Shown here: positions 44,783 to 54,493 of the stretch, in pieces | How positions within the stretch are numbered: position 1 is the stretch's first letter | Layout: every line of letters starts with the position of its first letter | From: an uncultured Candidatus Binatia bacterium | GTDB lineage: Bacteria; Desulfobacterota; Binatia; Bin18 | Direction of reading: 5' to 3' | DNA: 64,000 nt | Assembly (NCBI GenBank): GCA_965232605.1 | Contig: CBDDQA010000003.1 | Location: 164,556 to 228,555 of the forward strand | The notes under the pieces: generated by a model | The model's input: only the letters and a program-made list of their open reading frames with translations | Databases searched by the model: none | Told to the model about the DNA's origin: nothing | Program-made: the position numbers and the translations under genes

Positions 44783-46581
44783 GGACCCCAGCAGACAACG
44801 CTCCTAATGGCCACGACATTGATCCGATTACGGCCAGCGTCATCCTGGGTGCGTTGGAGAATATCGCGGTGGAGATGGGCTATAAGCTCATGCGCATGTC
44901 GTATTCGAGCATTATTCGGGAGTCCGAGGATTTCGGTACCGCCCTGGTCAATGCGCGGGGCGAACAATTATGCGAGTCAAAGCAGAGCACCCCCCTCCAG
45001 TCCGGCCCGATTCCCGGCTATGTGCACGGGATGCTCGACGCGCTCGCCACACGGAGAGAATCCATCCTGCCCGGCGACGTCATCATGCACAACGATCCGT
45101 ACGGCGGGGCCAGCCACGGCCCGGATGTCGGGTTTTGCGTGCCGGTTTTCTATCGGGATGATCTGGTCGGGTTTTCCGTCACCACGGCCCACCACCTCGA
45201 TATCGGCTGTCAGACCCCGGGCAGCACCGGCATTGTCGAGGCGTTTGACGCCTATGCCGAGGGTTTGCAGTTCAAGGCGATCAAGGTCTATGAGCAGGGC
45301 GAGCGCAACGCGGCGGTGTGGCAGTTGTTGCGCGATAACATCCGCATCTCCGAGCTGGTGGTGGGCGATATGGAGGCCCAGATCGCGGCCTGTCGCATCG
45401 GTGCCGAACGCTATATCGAACTCATCGAACGCTACGGGCTCCCCACGGTCGAAGCGGCCGGCGCCTCCCTGTTTGATTACTCCGAGCGCTTGATGCGGCA
45501 GGCGCTCGAACAGATCCCGGACGGCCGCTATACGGCCACCGGCCATATGGACGGCTATATGGACGATCCCGACCCAGGTCGGCGCAACCTGCCCATTTGC
45601 GTCACCCTGACGGTCAGCGGATCGGAGCTGAGCGTAGACCTGACCGGCACCGCGCCGCAGGTGTCGGACCGGCCCATCAATATGCCCCTGGTTGGCACGG
45701 TTGACGTCGCCATCTGGCTGGTGCTGCGCTCGGTCCTGCTCGATACCGAAATCTATGGCGACCTGCCGCAAAACGCCGGGCTCTACCGGCCCATTCAGAT
45801 CATTGCGCCTCGTGGCACGCTGGCCAATCCTGTTTTTCCGGCCCCGACCATTGCCCGTTTTGTCACCGGCAACGTCTTAAGTGATACCGTCATGAAGGCC
45901 CTGGCCCAGGCCGTTCCTCGCCAGGTCAGTGCCGGCATCGGCAACCTCAAGGCCATTGCCTCAAGCGGGATGCGGCAGAACAACAACCCTTGGGTGCATC
46001 TGGAAATTTTTGAGGGCAGCTACGGCGGTCGGTACGGTCACGACGGCATGGACACCGTTGATACGCTGTACGCCAACACCCGCAATAACCCCATTGAAGA
46101 CGTGGAGTCCCACGTGCCGCTCCGGGTCGAACGCTACGAGTTACGCGAGGATGCGTGCGCGCCTGGGCAATGGCGGGGCGGCATGGGGTCGATCAAGGAG
46201 CTGCACTATCTGCGTGACGGTGGCACGTCGGTCGAAGCCGACGGGTTTGTCTATGGCGCTTGGGGGTTTGACGGGGGCAGCACGGGCATCCCCGGCACCC
46301 TGACCTTGAGAACCCTGGAGAACGAAGAAATCGCTCTGCCCTCAAAGGTCCCCTATCGCGGCGTCAAAGCCGGTGAGCGCCTGATTACCATTGGCGCGAC
46401 CGGCGGTGGCTACGGCGACCCGTTCCGGCGTGACCCGCAGCAGGTCCTGGAGGATGTGTTGGACGAGTACTACACCAGGGAAACCGCCCGGCGTGCATAT
46501 GGCGTCGTGATTACCGAAGAGATGCAGTTGGACCGTGAGGGGACAGAGCAGCTTCGGCACGAGCGGAAGACCGGCTCATGA
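44779..46581 (+). CDS. Hydantoinase B/oxoprolinase subunit
   Basis: DPITASV, NDPYGGASHGPD, HHLDIG and GGGYGDP motifs; ATGA overlap with subunit A. Confidence 0.95.
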   Translation: MRTPADNAPNGHDIDPITASVILGALENIAVEMGYKLMRMSYSSIIRESEDFGTALVNARGEQLCESKQSTPLQSGPIPGYVHGMLDALATRRESILPGDVIMHNDPYGGASHGPDVGFCVPVFYRDDLVGFSVTTAHHLDIGCQTPGSTGIVEAFDAYAEGLQFKAIKVYEQGERNAAVWQLLRDNIRISELVVGDMEAQIAACRIGAERYIELIERYGLPTVEAAGASLFDYSERLMRQALEQIPDGRYTATGHMDGYMDDPDPGRRNLPICVTLTVSGSELSVDLTGTAPQVSDRPINMPLVGTVDVAIWLVLRSVLLDTEIYGDLPQNAGLYRPIQIIAPRGTLANPVFPAPTIARFVTGNVLSDTVMKALAQAVPRQVSAGIGNLKAIASSGMRQNNNPWVHLEIFEGSYGGRYGHDGMDTVDTLYANTRNNPIEDVESHVPLRVERYELREDACAPGQWRGGMGSIKELHYLRDGGTSVEADGFVYGAWGFDGGSTGIPGTLTLRTLENEEIALPSKVPYRGVKAGERLITIGATGGGYGDPFRRDPQQVLEDVLDEYYTRETARRAYGVVITEEMQLDREGTEQLRHERKTGS

Positions 46582-46818
46582 GGGTACGGGGTGGATAGGC
46601 TCTTCCAGGTCAGCCTCCGGATCAGTCAGTGAGGGGTCGGGCTGGGGTACAGGCTCACCCCGCAGCAGATTCGTCTCGGCCATGTCCGCCAGCGCGCTTG
46701 CCAGCAACCGTCGGGCTTCCTCCAGGGTTGCGCCGCAGGTGATCGTGCCCGGAAAATCCAGCACTTCGGCATGGACGCCGTGATCGAGGAATTTATACAG
46801 GGCTTTATACGTCAACAT
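46576..46818 (-). CDS. hicB: HicB family antitoxin, orphan
   Basis: AEVLDFPGTITCGATLEEARRLLASAL...GEPVP pattern; no hicA upstream. Confidence 0.82.
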   Translation of the reverse strand: MLTYKALYKFLDHGVHAEVLDFPGTITCGATLEEARRLLASALADMAETNLLRGEPVPQPDPSLTDPEADLEEPIHPVPS

Positions 46819-46899
46819 GTTTTGCCCGTTATAGAAGATGAGACTAATTGATGCATTGTGTCAAAAACATCCCCCCCCGAGACGATAGGGGCGGCGCGC

Positions 46900-47316
46900 T
46901 TATCCCAGCGCCCCGTCAATATGGACCTTGCGGTACGAAAACAGCCACTGACCCTCATGTTTGACCAGCCGGTCTTCGTACTCCCCGGCCATAGCCACCC
47001 GGCTGCCGCCTTCCTTGGTGGTTGAGGTCAGCAACAAAAAACACTTCGAGCGGGCCGTATCGCCGTCCACCTCGGTCAAAATATTGGTCACATAGTGGCG
47101 CAGCTTGGGACTCTCGGCCGCCAGCCGCTTGACCTCGGCGGTAAAGCGACCGAGTTCCCGATGGGCGTCAAATTTGCCGATCACCCCGTCAAAGACGCCG
47201 TCCGGAGCAAAGCAGTCTGCCCAGCCCTGATAGTCTTCGTGGTCAATAGCGAAATTATACCGCGCGATCAGCTCGGCGATGGCCGTTTTGTCCCGGTCGT
47301 GTTGTTCTTCGATCAT
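46900..47316 (-). CDS. SnoaL/NTF2-like family protein
   Basis: IAELIARYNFAID, WADCFAPDG, RHYVTN and GEYEDRLVK..GQW motifs. Confidence 0.88.
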   Translation of the reverse strand: MIEEQHDRDKTAIAELIARYNFAIDHEDYQGWADCFAPDGVFDGVIGKFDAHRELGRFTAEVKRLAAESPKLRHYVTNILTEVDGDTARSKCFLLLTSTTKEGGSRVAMAGEYEDRLVKHEGQWLFSYRKVHIDGALG

Positions 47317-47569
47317 GTCGCTTCCTCCAAAGTTCTCCTCGAACGCTTTGCCCGATGTCTCTTGGTGGGATTAGGGTGATTCCGAGCTGCATAGGTGAAG
47401 CCTGAGGCCGTCGGGCCAACAGTCCACTCCCTAAACAAAACATCACAAAAGTCAACCTGGCGACAGCTCGCCATGAGCACTGGAACGCGATCAGAAAGCG
47501 CGGGCTGGGCTCTCACGTATCCTGGAGAGAGGCGGTCGGCTTACGCTACACCAAGCCGGTCTACGGGAC

Positions 47570-47603
47570 TTGACGAAGCGTAACGATAAACGTTACGCTT
47601 CGT
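47570..47603 (+). promoter_or_regulatory. higBA promoter/operator palindrome
   Basis: TTGACG overlaps the perfect 13-bp inverted repeat ACGAAGCGTAACG-ATAAA-CGTTACGCTTCGT just before GTG 47606. Confidence 0.7.
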
Positions 47604-47605
47604 TC

Positions 47606-47887
47606 GTGATCAAGACCTTCGCCGACAAGCACACCGCAGCGGTCTTTGCGGGTCACGCCGTTCGTGGCTTACCCATGCAGATTCAGCGACGGGCACGGGC
47701 GAAGCTCCTGGCGATTGAGGCCGCCGCTCAGCTTGATGATCTGCGGGTACCGCCCGGTCATCGATTGGAAGCATTACGGGGCGATCGGCGAGGGCGGTAT
47801 AGCCTGCGTATAAACGACCAATGGCGTATCTGTTTTGTCTGGCGCGCTGGTGATGCCTGGGAGGTCGAGATCGTTGACTACCACTGA
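47606..47887 (+). CDS. higB: HigB (plasmid maintenance killer) toxin
   Basis: IKTFADK, LRVPPGHRLEAL, YSLRINDQWRICF and EIVDYH motifs. Confidence 0.93.
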   Translation: MIKTFADKHTAAVFAGHAVRGLPMQIQRRARAKLLAIEAAAQLDDLRVPPGHRLEALRGDRRGRYSLRINDQWRICFVWRAGDAWEVEIVDYH

Positions 47888-47901
47888 GGAGTGAGGGTGA
47901 C

Positions 47902-48255
47902 ATGACTATCAAGCGGAGCGATGTGGACCGAGGACAGGTGGATTTCTCGGATGTGACATCCGGGCGGCGGCTACCGCCGGTCCATCCTGGCGAGATTCTT
48001 CGTGACGAGTTCCTAGTGCCGCTAGACCTCAGCGTGTACCGGCTCGCCCAGATACTCAAAGTATCCCGGCCGCGGTTGAACGAAATCGTGCATGGCCGCC
48101 GGGCCGTGACAACTGATACCGCGCTCCGCCTGGGGTACTATTTCGGGACGACACCAGAGTTCTGGCTCAATCTTCAGACCCGTTATGATCTTGATGTCGC
48201 CGCGCATACGCTGCGGCGCAAGATCGAGCGGGAGATCGCCCCGCGCGCGGCGTGA
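47902..48255 (+). CDS. higA: HigA antitoxin
   Basis: VHPGEILRDEFL, DTALRL and FGTTPEFWLNLQ motifs. Confidence 0.93.
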   Translation: MTIKRSDVDRGQVDFSDVTSGRRLPPVHPGEILRDEFLVPLDLSVYRLAQILKVSRPRLNEIVHGRRAVTTDTALRLGYYFGTTPEFWLNLQTRYDLDVAAHTLRRKIEREIAPRAA

Positions 48256-48363
48256 CGCGACGGGACGGGTGCCAGCGGGGAGTCGACGGAAACGCGCTCA
48301 GAACACGCAGGCTGGACTTTCCCGGATTTCCGTGAGATAGCCTTGTCCCATAAGGCTCTCTCC

Positions 48364-49590
48364 ATGCAACTCAATCACGCCCGTCTGCTGAACAGCCTCA
48401 CACAGCTCGCCCAATTCGGAAAAGTCGGCACCGGGGTGAATCGGCTGTCCTTCACGCCCGAAGATCGAGCCGCGCGGCAATGGCTGGTCGAACAGATGCG
48501 CGAGGCCGGCCTTGAGGCGGAGATCGACGGGATTGGAAATGTGTACGGGCGGACACGCGGGGTGGACACCGCCGTGCTGATTGGCTCGCATACCGACTCC
48601 GTACCGAAAGGCGGCTGGCTGGATGGCGCGCTGGGGGTGCTGTACGGCCTGGAGGTCGCCCGGGCGCGGAACGAATCGAATCCTCGGCCCGGCCTCGGCG
48701 TTGACGTGATCTCCTTTGCCGATGAAGAAGGAACGTATCGGGCCCTGGCCGGCAGCTTGTCGTTTTGCGGCGCGTTGTCGGACGTGGATATTGAAGACGC
48801 GAAAAATACGCACGGCGTCTCACTCACACACGCTCTGACCGAAGCCGGGTACGCCGGACAAGCCCGCGCCCGGCTCGATCCGAGTCGCCATCTGGCCTAT
48901 TTTGAAGGCCATATTGAACAGGGGCCGCGGCTTGAGGTCGAAGGACAAAAAATCGGTCTGGTGACCGCCATCGTCGGCATTCGCCGCAGCCGCATCACCT
49001 GTACCGGTCAGGCCGACCACGCCGGCACAACACCGATGCATTTGCGTAAAGACGCCGGGGCCGTCCTGATTCGTCTCTGCGCAGAGCTGCTCAACCGGTT
49101 TGCGAATGCCGGCAGCGAGCTGAGCGTCTGGAATTTGGGCCATATTGTTTTTGAGCCGGGCGCCGGCAATGTCGTGCCCGGTTCGGCCCAGGTCCTGGTC
49201 GAGTTCCGCGACCCTCGGCCGGAAGTGCTTGATCGTCTGGAGGCTGAAATCAATGCAGCGGTCGCTGCGTTTCATGGACAACAGGGCGTCAGCGCTGAGG
49301 TGGCCCATCTGCTCAGTATCGCCCCGGCGGATATGGACGCCGCCCTGGTCGATACCCTTGAGGCTGCCACCCGGCAGCGGGCCGTCCCTGCCCTGCGTAT
49401 GCCCAGCGGAGCCGGGCACGATGCCATGGTCCTGAGTCGCTCTGTCCCGACCGCCATGCTCTTTATCCCCAGCATCGGCGGTCGCAGCCACGATGTCGCC
49501 GAGGACACCAGCGCGGAAGATATCTGTCTGGGCGCAGATATTCTGGCTGATACGGTGGCATTACTGGCCCGGCAGAAAGGACTGGCATGA
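48364..49590 (+). CDS. Zn-dependent carbamoylase/allantoate amidohydrolase family (M20)
   Basis: GSHTDSV..GG.LDG, DEEG, HIEQGP, HAGTTPM, SGAGHDA and GRSH motifs. Confidence 0.92.
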   Translation: MQLNHARLLNSLTQLAQFGKVGTGVNRLSFTPEDRAARQWLVEQMREAGLEAEIDGIGNVYGRTRGVDTAVLIGSHTDSVPKGGWLDGALGVLYGLEVARARNESNPRPGLGVDVISFADEEGTYRALAGSLSFCGALSDVDIEDAKNTHGVSLTHALTEAGYAGQARARLDPSRHLAYFEGHIEQGPRLEVEGQKIGLVTAIVGIRRSRITCTGQADHAGTTPMHLRKDAGAVLIRLCAELLNRFANAGSELSVWNLGHIVFEPGAGNVVPGSAQVLVEFRDPRPEVLDRLEAEINAAVAAFHGQQGVSAEVAHLLSIAPADMDAALVDTLEAATRQRAVPALRMPSGAGHDAMVLSRSVPTAMLFIPSIGGRSHDVAEDTSAEDICLGADILADTVALLARQKGLA

Positions 49591-50321
49591 AGATCAAGAT
49601 CATCAATCCCAACACCTCCGAGGAAATGACCCACGCAATCGGTGCGGCCGGTGAGTCGGTAGCCCGGCCGGGCACCCGGATCACAGCGGTCAGCCCCCGA
49701 TTCGGGCCAGCCTCCATCGAGTCCTACTACGATGACTATCTGAGCATTCCCGGCCTGCTCGAAGAAGTTCAAAGGGGAGAGGCCGAGCGGTGCGACGCCT
49801 ATATTATCGCCTGTTATGGCGACCCAGGTTTGCACGCCGCGCGCGAATGCACCACCAGGCCGGTGGTCGGCATCGCCGAAGCCTCTCTGTATATGGTCTC
49901 CATGCTGGCGGCGCGCTTCTCTATTGTGACGGTGATTCCGCGGACCCACACCATGCTCGAAGAAATGGTCGCCGGGTATGGCTTTCGGGAAAAAGTAGTG
50001 AGTATCCGTACCTCTCCGCTGTATGTGCTTGATGTGGAAAAAGACCCGGCCGGGGCGCTCGAAAAGCTGCGTATCGAAGCGCGTCGGGCACGGGACGAAG
50101 ACGATGCTGAGGCTATTCTCCTCGGCTGCGCCGGGTTTACCCAGTTTGCGGACGAGCTGGAGCGAGAACTTGAGATACCCGTCCTTGACGGCGTGGTGTG
50201 TGCCGTCAAGATGGCCGAGTCGCTGGTCGAATTGGGCAAGACCACGAGCAAGTATAAAACCTACCGCCCGCCGGAGAAGAAGGCCTACACCGGCATCTTC
50301 AAGCATTTTGGCCGCACGTAG
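49587..50321 (+). CDS. Hydantoin/allantoin racemase
   Basis: INPNTS, IACYGDPG and LGCAG (two catalytic Cys), PVLDGV; ATGA overlap with the carbamoylase. Confidence 0.92.
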   Translation: MKIKIINPNTSEEMTHAIGAAGESVARPGTRITAVSPRFGPASIESYYDDYLSIPGLLEEVQRGEAERCDAYIIACYGDPGLHAARECTTRPVVGIAEASLYMVSMLAARFSIVTVIPRTHTMLEEMVAGYGFREKVVSIRTSPLYVLDVEKDPAGALEKLRIEARRARDEDDAEAILLGCAGFTQFADELERELEIPVLDGVVCAVKMAESLVELGKTTSKYKTYRPPEKKAYTGIFKHFGRT

Positions 50322-50435
50322 GATCATCCCCCTCTCCTCCCCCGGAAGGGTGCGGAAGTCCCCCTCAATCCCCCTTCTCAGGGGGAGGCCGGCACTCTTT
50401 TCCCCCCTGAGAACGTGTGATGCGTATTAGGAGTT

Positions 50436-50456
50436 GGTGCGTAGGACGCACCCTAC
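50436..50456 (-). repeat. GTAG REP
   Basis: GGTGCGTAGGACGCACCCTAC, exact reverse complement of 14984-15004. Confidence 0.8.
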
Positions 50457-50491
50457 GGGAGAGTGTCCTGGTAAGGCGCAGAGCGTATCCG

Positions 50492-52177
50492 TCAGAGCGG
50501 CTGGAGCCGCGTGCCGGGCAGCCCGCCCTGGTGGACATTGTCTGAAAAAACGATATTGCCCCCGACAACGGTATGCTGGACGCCGGTCGCCCGTTCAATC
50601 AGACGGGGCTTCTCTCCCGGCAGATCGTTGACCCATTCGGGCGGCTGAGGGCCGATCGTCTCGGGATCAAAAATGACGAGGTCCGCATCAAGGCCCGCTG
50701 CAAGACGGCCCTTCTTGGGCTGATTGAGAAACCGGGCCGGCTCTGAGGTCAGACGGCGCACGCCCTCTTCAAGCGTCATGGCCTGGCGTTTTCTCACCCA
50801 CTCCCCGAGCAGATAGGTCGGCACCCCGGCGTCGCAATGCTGGTCCACGTGCGCCCCGGCATCGGACAGCCCGATGAGACAGTCGGGATGGGTAATCAGC
50901 TCACGCACTTCGTCAGGATTGGTGTTGATGACCGAGAGCGTAATGCCCATCTCCAGGTTTTCGTCAATGGCCAAATCCAGGATCGTATCAACCGGGTCGC
51001 TGTGCGTTTCCGCGGCAATGTCCGCAATGCTTTTATTCAAGTGCCGGGTGTTCTGCTCTTTCGTCACCTTGACCACGTGAACCTGATTCCACTGGTTGGT
51101 AAAAATGGCGCCGCCGATTTGCAGGTCCTGGCGAAAGGCCGCACGGAACTCCGGCTTCCGGTAGAGCGCGATCTGTTCCGCAACCGGTCGATTGAACGCC
51201 TCCTTCCACGACGGCAGGCTGGCAAAGATAAAGGGCACCTTGAGAGTGTAGTACTGCTGGATAGGGCGCGGAGTGACCTGGGGTGGAATCCGCAGCCCCT
51301 TGTCGAAGAAGGGCTGTAAGCGATCGAGGGCCGACCGGTAGACACCAGGTTTATCTGACCGTCCCAGGAGCGCCAGCCAGGTGATTGGGCGCTGGCTGGC
51401 TTCGGCCATGGCCAGCAGCAACGCCAACTCCTCGTCGGTCAGCACGCTCACGCTCCGGGTCAGTGCAATCTCGATGACGCCCTTGCCCAGCTCTTGCATC
51501 ACCCGACCGAGCGCGCAGAGTTCCTTCTGGGTGGCCATACGGCTCGCCAGCGGTTTACCCTGATAGCCGATGTGCTGGTCGAGCAGGCTCAGCGAGTAGC
51601 CATACGCCCCGGCCTGCATGGCTTCCCGAAAAAGAACGGTCATGCGGGCGAGTTCTGTGCCTGTGGCCTCTCGCTCGGAGGCTGCGGCGCCCATGACAAA
51701 ATAGCGAAAGCTGGATAACGGCACCAGAAAACCCACGTTGAGGGCCGTGCCGCGTTGCCCGATGGCCTGCATATACTGCGGAAAACTCTCCCACTCATCC
51801 CAGGCCACACCATTCAGCAGCACCTCTTGCGGCATGGCTTCCACATTGACCAGGTCCCAGGAAACAATGTCTTTCTCCTGCGGGCGACACGGCGCAACCC
51901 CTACCCCGCAGTTGCCCATCAGGACGCTGGTCACCCCGTGCCAGCCCGAACAGGTCAGCAGCGGGTCCCAGGAGACCTGGGCGTCGTAGTGGGTATGGAT
52001 ATCGATAAAGCCCGGTGCGACCACGCAACCGTCGGCGTTGATGGTCCGCGTTGCCGGTCCGGATACTGAGCCAACGTCGGTGATAACCCCATCCTTGACT
52101 CCAACAGCACCGCGCAAGAGCGGCGCGCCAGTGCCGTCACAAATCCGAGCGTCCGTAATGAGCAGGTCGTAGGCCAT
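50492..52177 (-). CDS. N-acyl-D-amino-acid deacylase family amidohydrolase, paralog of 37341-39032
   Basis: PGFIDIHTHYDAQ, HGVTSVLMGNCG and SDAGAH motifs. Confidence 0.92.
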   Translation of the reverse strand: MAYDLLITDARICDGTGAPLLRGAVGVKDGVITDVGSVSGPATRTINADGCVVAPGFIDIHTHYDAQVSWDPLLTCSGWHGVTSVLMGNCGVGVAPCRPQEKDIVSWDLVNVEAMPQEVLLNGVAWDEWESFPQYMQAIGQRGTALNVGFLVPLSSFRYFVMGAAASEREATGTELARMTVLFREAMQAGAYGYSLSLLDQHIGYQGKPLASRMATQKELCALGRVMQELGKGVIEIALTRSVSVLTDEELALLLAMAEASQRPITWLALLGRSDKPGVYRSALDRLQPFFDKGLRIPPQVTPRPIQQYYTLKVPFIFASLPSWKEAFNRPVAEQIALYRKPEFRAAFRQDLQIGGAIFTNQWNQVHVVKVTKEQNTRHLNKSIADIAAETHSDPVDTILDLAIDENLEMGITLSVINTNPDEVRELITHPDCLIGLSDAGAHVDQHCDAGVPTYLLGEWVRKRQAMTLEEGVRRLTSEPARFLNQPKKGRLAAGLDADLVIFDPETIGPQPPEWVNDLPGEKPRLIERATGVQHTVVGGNIVFSDNVHQGGLPGTRLQPL

Positions 52178-52190
52178 GCTTCTCCCCTTA

Positions 52191-52421
52191 TTATTGGCAC
52201 TGGCCAATCTGGCTCGCATGGAGAATCGTGACACCCACGAGTTCTTTACCCCGGTAGTGGTACATTAAATCATCCTCCATGCGGCTATCGGTGGCTTTCT
52301 GTGGTCGGCGGAAACTCACATACAATACGTCCGCCTCCTCGTCGTAGTCCAGCCACATCTTTTTTGCTCCCAGTTTGAGGAAATGAGCGGCCGACTCCAG
52401 GATGACATCCGCTTCCGCCAT
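52191..52421 (-). CDS. DUF2283 family protein (putative antitoxin)
   Basis: DYDEEADVLYVSF...ELVGVTILHAS pattern. Confidence 0.85.
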   Translation of the reverse strand: MAEADVILESAAHFLKLGAKKMWLDYDEEADVLYVSFRRPQKATDSRMEDDLMYHYRGKELVGVTILHASQIGQCQ

Positions 52422-52723
52422 AATATGCCCTTTCGCAAAATCGTTTCTGGTTGCGACGTCATAAAAGCTGTTATCAGAAACCCGTCAGCCGTAAGTTCTC
52501 GATACACCGCAACGACAGATTTCTCGGATATCGAGGTGGTTTCGTAATGACGAAGAGCGATGACCTCTCCCTTTCTCCCTGCCACAATGTAATCTGGATC
52601 TTCGACTGTTTCCACAACCAGGTCCAGATTTCCTGCCGTATAGTCGTGCGACTCCACGACATGTATCCAACGTTCATCTGTAATCCGTATCGGAATTCCT
52701 TTTTTCGATACCGGTCTCTCCAT
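52316..52723 (-). CDS. Putative RelE-fold toxin paired with DUF2283 (3' end reads through into the partner)
   Basis: IRITDERWIHV, VETVEDPD..V.G, VVAVYRE and GFLITAF motifs; lower GC. Confidence 0.65.
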   Translation of the reverse strand: MERPVSKKGIPIRITDERWIHVVESHDYTAGNLDLVVETVEDPDYIVAGRKGEVIALRHYETTSISEKSVVAVYRELTADGFLITAFMTSQPETILRKGILWRKRMSSWSRPLISSNWEQKRCGWTTTRRRTYCM

Positions 52724-52813
52724 GCCCTCTTCCCACTCAATGCTTAGACCGCTCCTGGTACCTAGGGATTCCAGGATACGAAAGAGCCGTATGAGTGGCT
52801 TTTATCCGGCAGG

Positions 52814-53845
52814 TTAATCCCCTGCGGGCTTTGCCGCCGGAGGGTCGTCGTCCCCGAGTCCGGCCTGCTCTTTGACATAGAGGGCGATCTGTTCGTGGGT
52901 GGCGAACCACACGCCGGGCCTGCTCTTCATATAGGTGACGAGCTTGTCGAGCATTTTCATGCGGTAGCGATGACCAATGACCTGGGGGTGCATGGTGAGG
53001 ATATACATGGACCCTTCTTCATAGGCTCCGTCAAATTCGTCTTTCCAGATCGAATACACGTCGTCGGCGTTGCGGATGCTGACGTGCCGGCTCGGCCAGC
53101 TTATTTGAAACAAGGGCCAGTCGTCGAGGATCCATTCGACCGGAAGCTCAATCAGTCCGGTTTCTTCTCCGTTGGCCAGCAGGCTGTAGGGACGGTCATC
53201 TGCCATCATGCTGCTCTCGTACAAAAAGCCCATTTCCTTGACGATCTGAATGGTCGCCGGGGTCAGGTCCCAGGCCGCGGACCGAAAGCCGGCCGGTCGT
53301 TTGCCCACTCTTTCGACAAAAATTTTCATGGCTTTCTCATACACGGCGCGCTCTTCCGCTTCACTCAGCGTCAGCGGATTTTCGTGTACGTAGGAGTGAA
53401 AGCCGATCTCATAGTCGGCGTGTTTCTTGATTTCCTCAATGACCTGCGGATGCAGGACCATTGAGATGGCAGGAATAAAGAACGTGGCCGGGATGTCGTG
53501 CTTGTCCAAGAGGTTGAAGATGCGCGGCATGCCCGAGCGCGCGCCATACTCCCCCCGCGACATATACGAGGGGCTCTGCTGGCCCTGAAACCCCATCCAG
53601 ACCGGCTCGGTGTCAAAGTCAAACGACAAACTTACCGCAACCTTCGTCCCGTCCGGCCAGGACTCAGGTGTCAGGTCTTTCCCGCTCCGAACCGTGGCCA
53701 CGTGCTGCTGAAACTGCTCCGGCTCCCACTGCCAGAGCGGGACGGCATCTTCGCCCGTCCCGTGGCTGTACGCAATTGAGGCTGACCCCACCAGACCCGC
53801 TATGACAACAAGGCTCTTTATCCAATCCGACCACCGTTGCTTCAT
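52814..53845 (-). CDS. Exported polysaccharide deacetylase (CE4, PuuE/PgdA-like)
   Basis: Signal peptide; SFDFD, SRGEYG, ATFFIP, HSYVHE, ELPVEWILDDW and MHPQVIG motifs. Confidence 0.9.
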   Translation of the reverse strand: MKQRWSDWIKSLVVIAGLVGSASIAYSHGTGEDAVPLWQWEPEQFQQHVATVRSGKDLTPESWPDGTKVAVSLSFDFDTEPVWMGFQGQQSPSYMSRGEYGARSGMPRIFNLLDKHDIPATFFIPAISMVLHPQVIEEIKKHADYEIGFHSYVHENPLTLSEAEERAVYEKAMKIFVERVGKRPAGFRSAAWDLTPATIQIVKEMGFLYESSMMADDRPYSLLANGEETGLIELPVEWILDDWPLFQISWPSRHVSIRNADDVYSIWKDEFDGAYEEGSMYILTMHPQVIGHRYRMKMLDKLVTYMKSRPGVWFATHEQIALYVKEQAGLGDDDPPAAKPAGD

Positions 53846-53884
53846 GATATCTGCTCCTGACAAATTTGTCTGACTCTTCGGTAC

Positions 53885-54442
53885 CTAAAAGACGAAAAAA
53901 GGCCAAGCCAGATAAAGGGGGTAGGCAGCAAGAACCGCTACCGTTGCGGCGAGACCCACAGCCGTTTCAGCAGCATCCTCCGCCGTTGAAGCGACGATCC
54001 TTACCCAACCCAAAGGACTACACTTTCGGGCTTGGTCATAAGCAAGTCGGGCTGACTCAAAATCGGCGTAGGCTTGCTCTCGCCTGTTACTCGCCCTATC
54101 AAGGGTGTCCATCGCCCGTCTCAGCTCGGCCAGTTTCGTGCGGAATTCGTCTACAGCCTGTTGCCAGTCCGCTCGGGCTTGCACTCTCTGGTGCGGAGCA
54201 ATTTTGTTATTGAAACGGGCGGTCTGGAAGGCATTACGCAACTGATTACGCTTGATATCGGCGATATCTCGCCCTATCTGGGTTTGGTCGTAGGCCAATT
54301 TAGCGGCCTCAAACTCGATTTCAGCTTGCTCGTGCGCGCCTTTAGCAGTCTCCAAATCGGCTCGCAAGTGGGTACAAACACTCGCTAGTGAGGGAGAGGA
54401 GAATAATGCCAGGACGATAGTGGCAAGTAGAACGCTTCTCAT
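53885..54442 (-). CDS. Hypothetical exported coiled-coil protein with a C-terminal membrane anchor
   Basis: Signal peptide MRSVLLATIVLALFSSPSLA, Ala/Glu/Arg-rich helix, hydrophobic tail; purine-rich RBS. Confidence 0.65.
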   Translation of the reverse strand: MRSVLLATIVLALFSSPSLASVCTHLRADLETAKGAHEQAEIEFEAAKLAYDQTQIGRDIADIKRNQLRNAFQTARFNNKIAPHQRVQARADWQQAVDEFRTKLAELRRAMDTLDRASNRREQAYADFESARLAYDQARKCSPLGWVRIVASTAEDAAETAVGLAATVAVLAAYPLYLAWPFFVF

Positions 54443-54493
54443 ACCTTCTCCCTCCAGATGAATTTTACACCCCTGATAGCACACACCCCGCCC

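Noticed and set aside
47317-47560. Possible ncRNA or riboswitch between the SnoaL gene and higBA
   Set aside because: No recognisable conserved RNA motif; only a degenerate GTAG REP near 47534-47564. An Rfam scan would be needed.
52782-52803. Rho-independent terminator after the deacetylase gene (AAGAGCC...GGCTTTT)
   Set aside because: The stem is short and imperfect, too weak to list.
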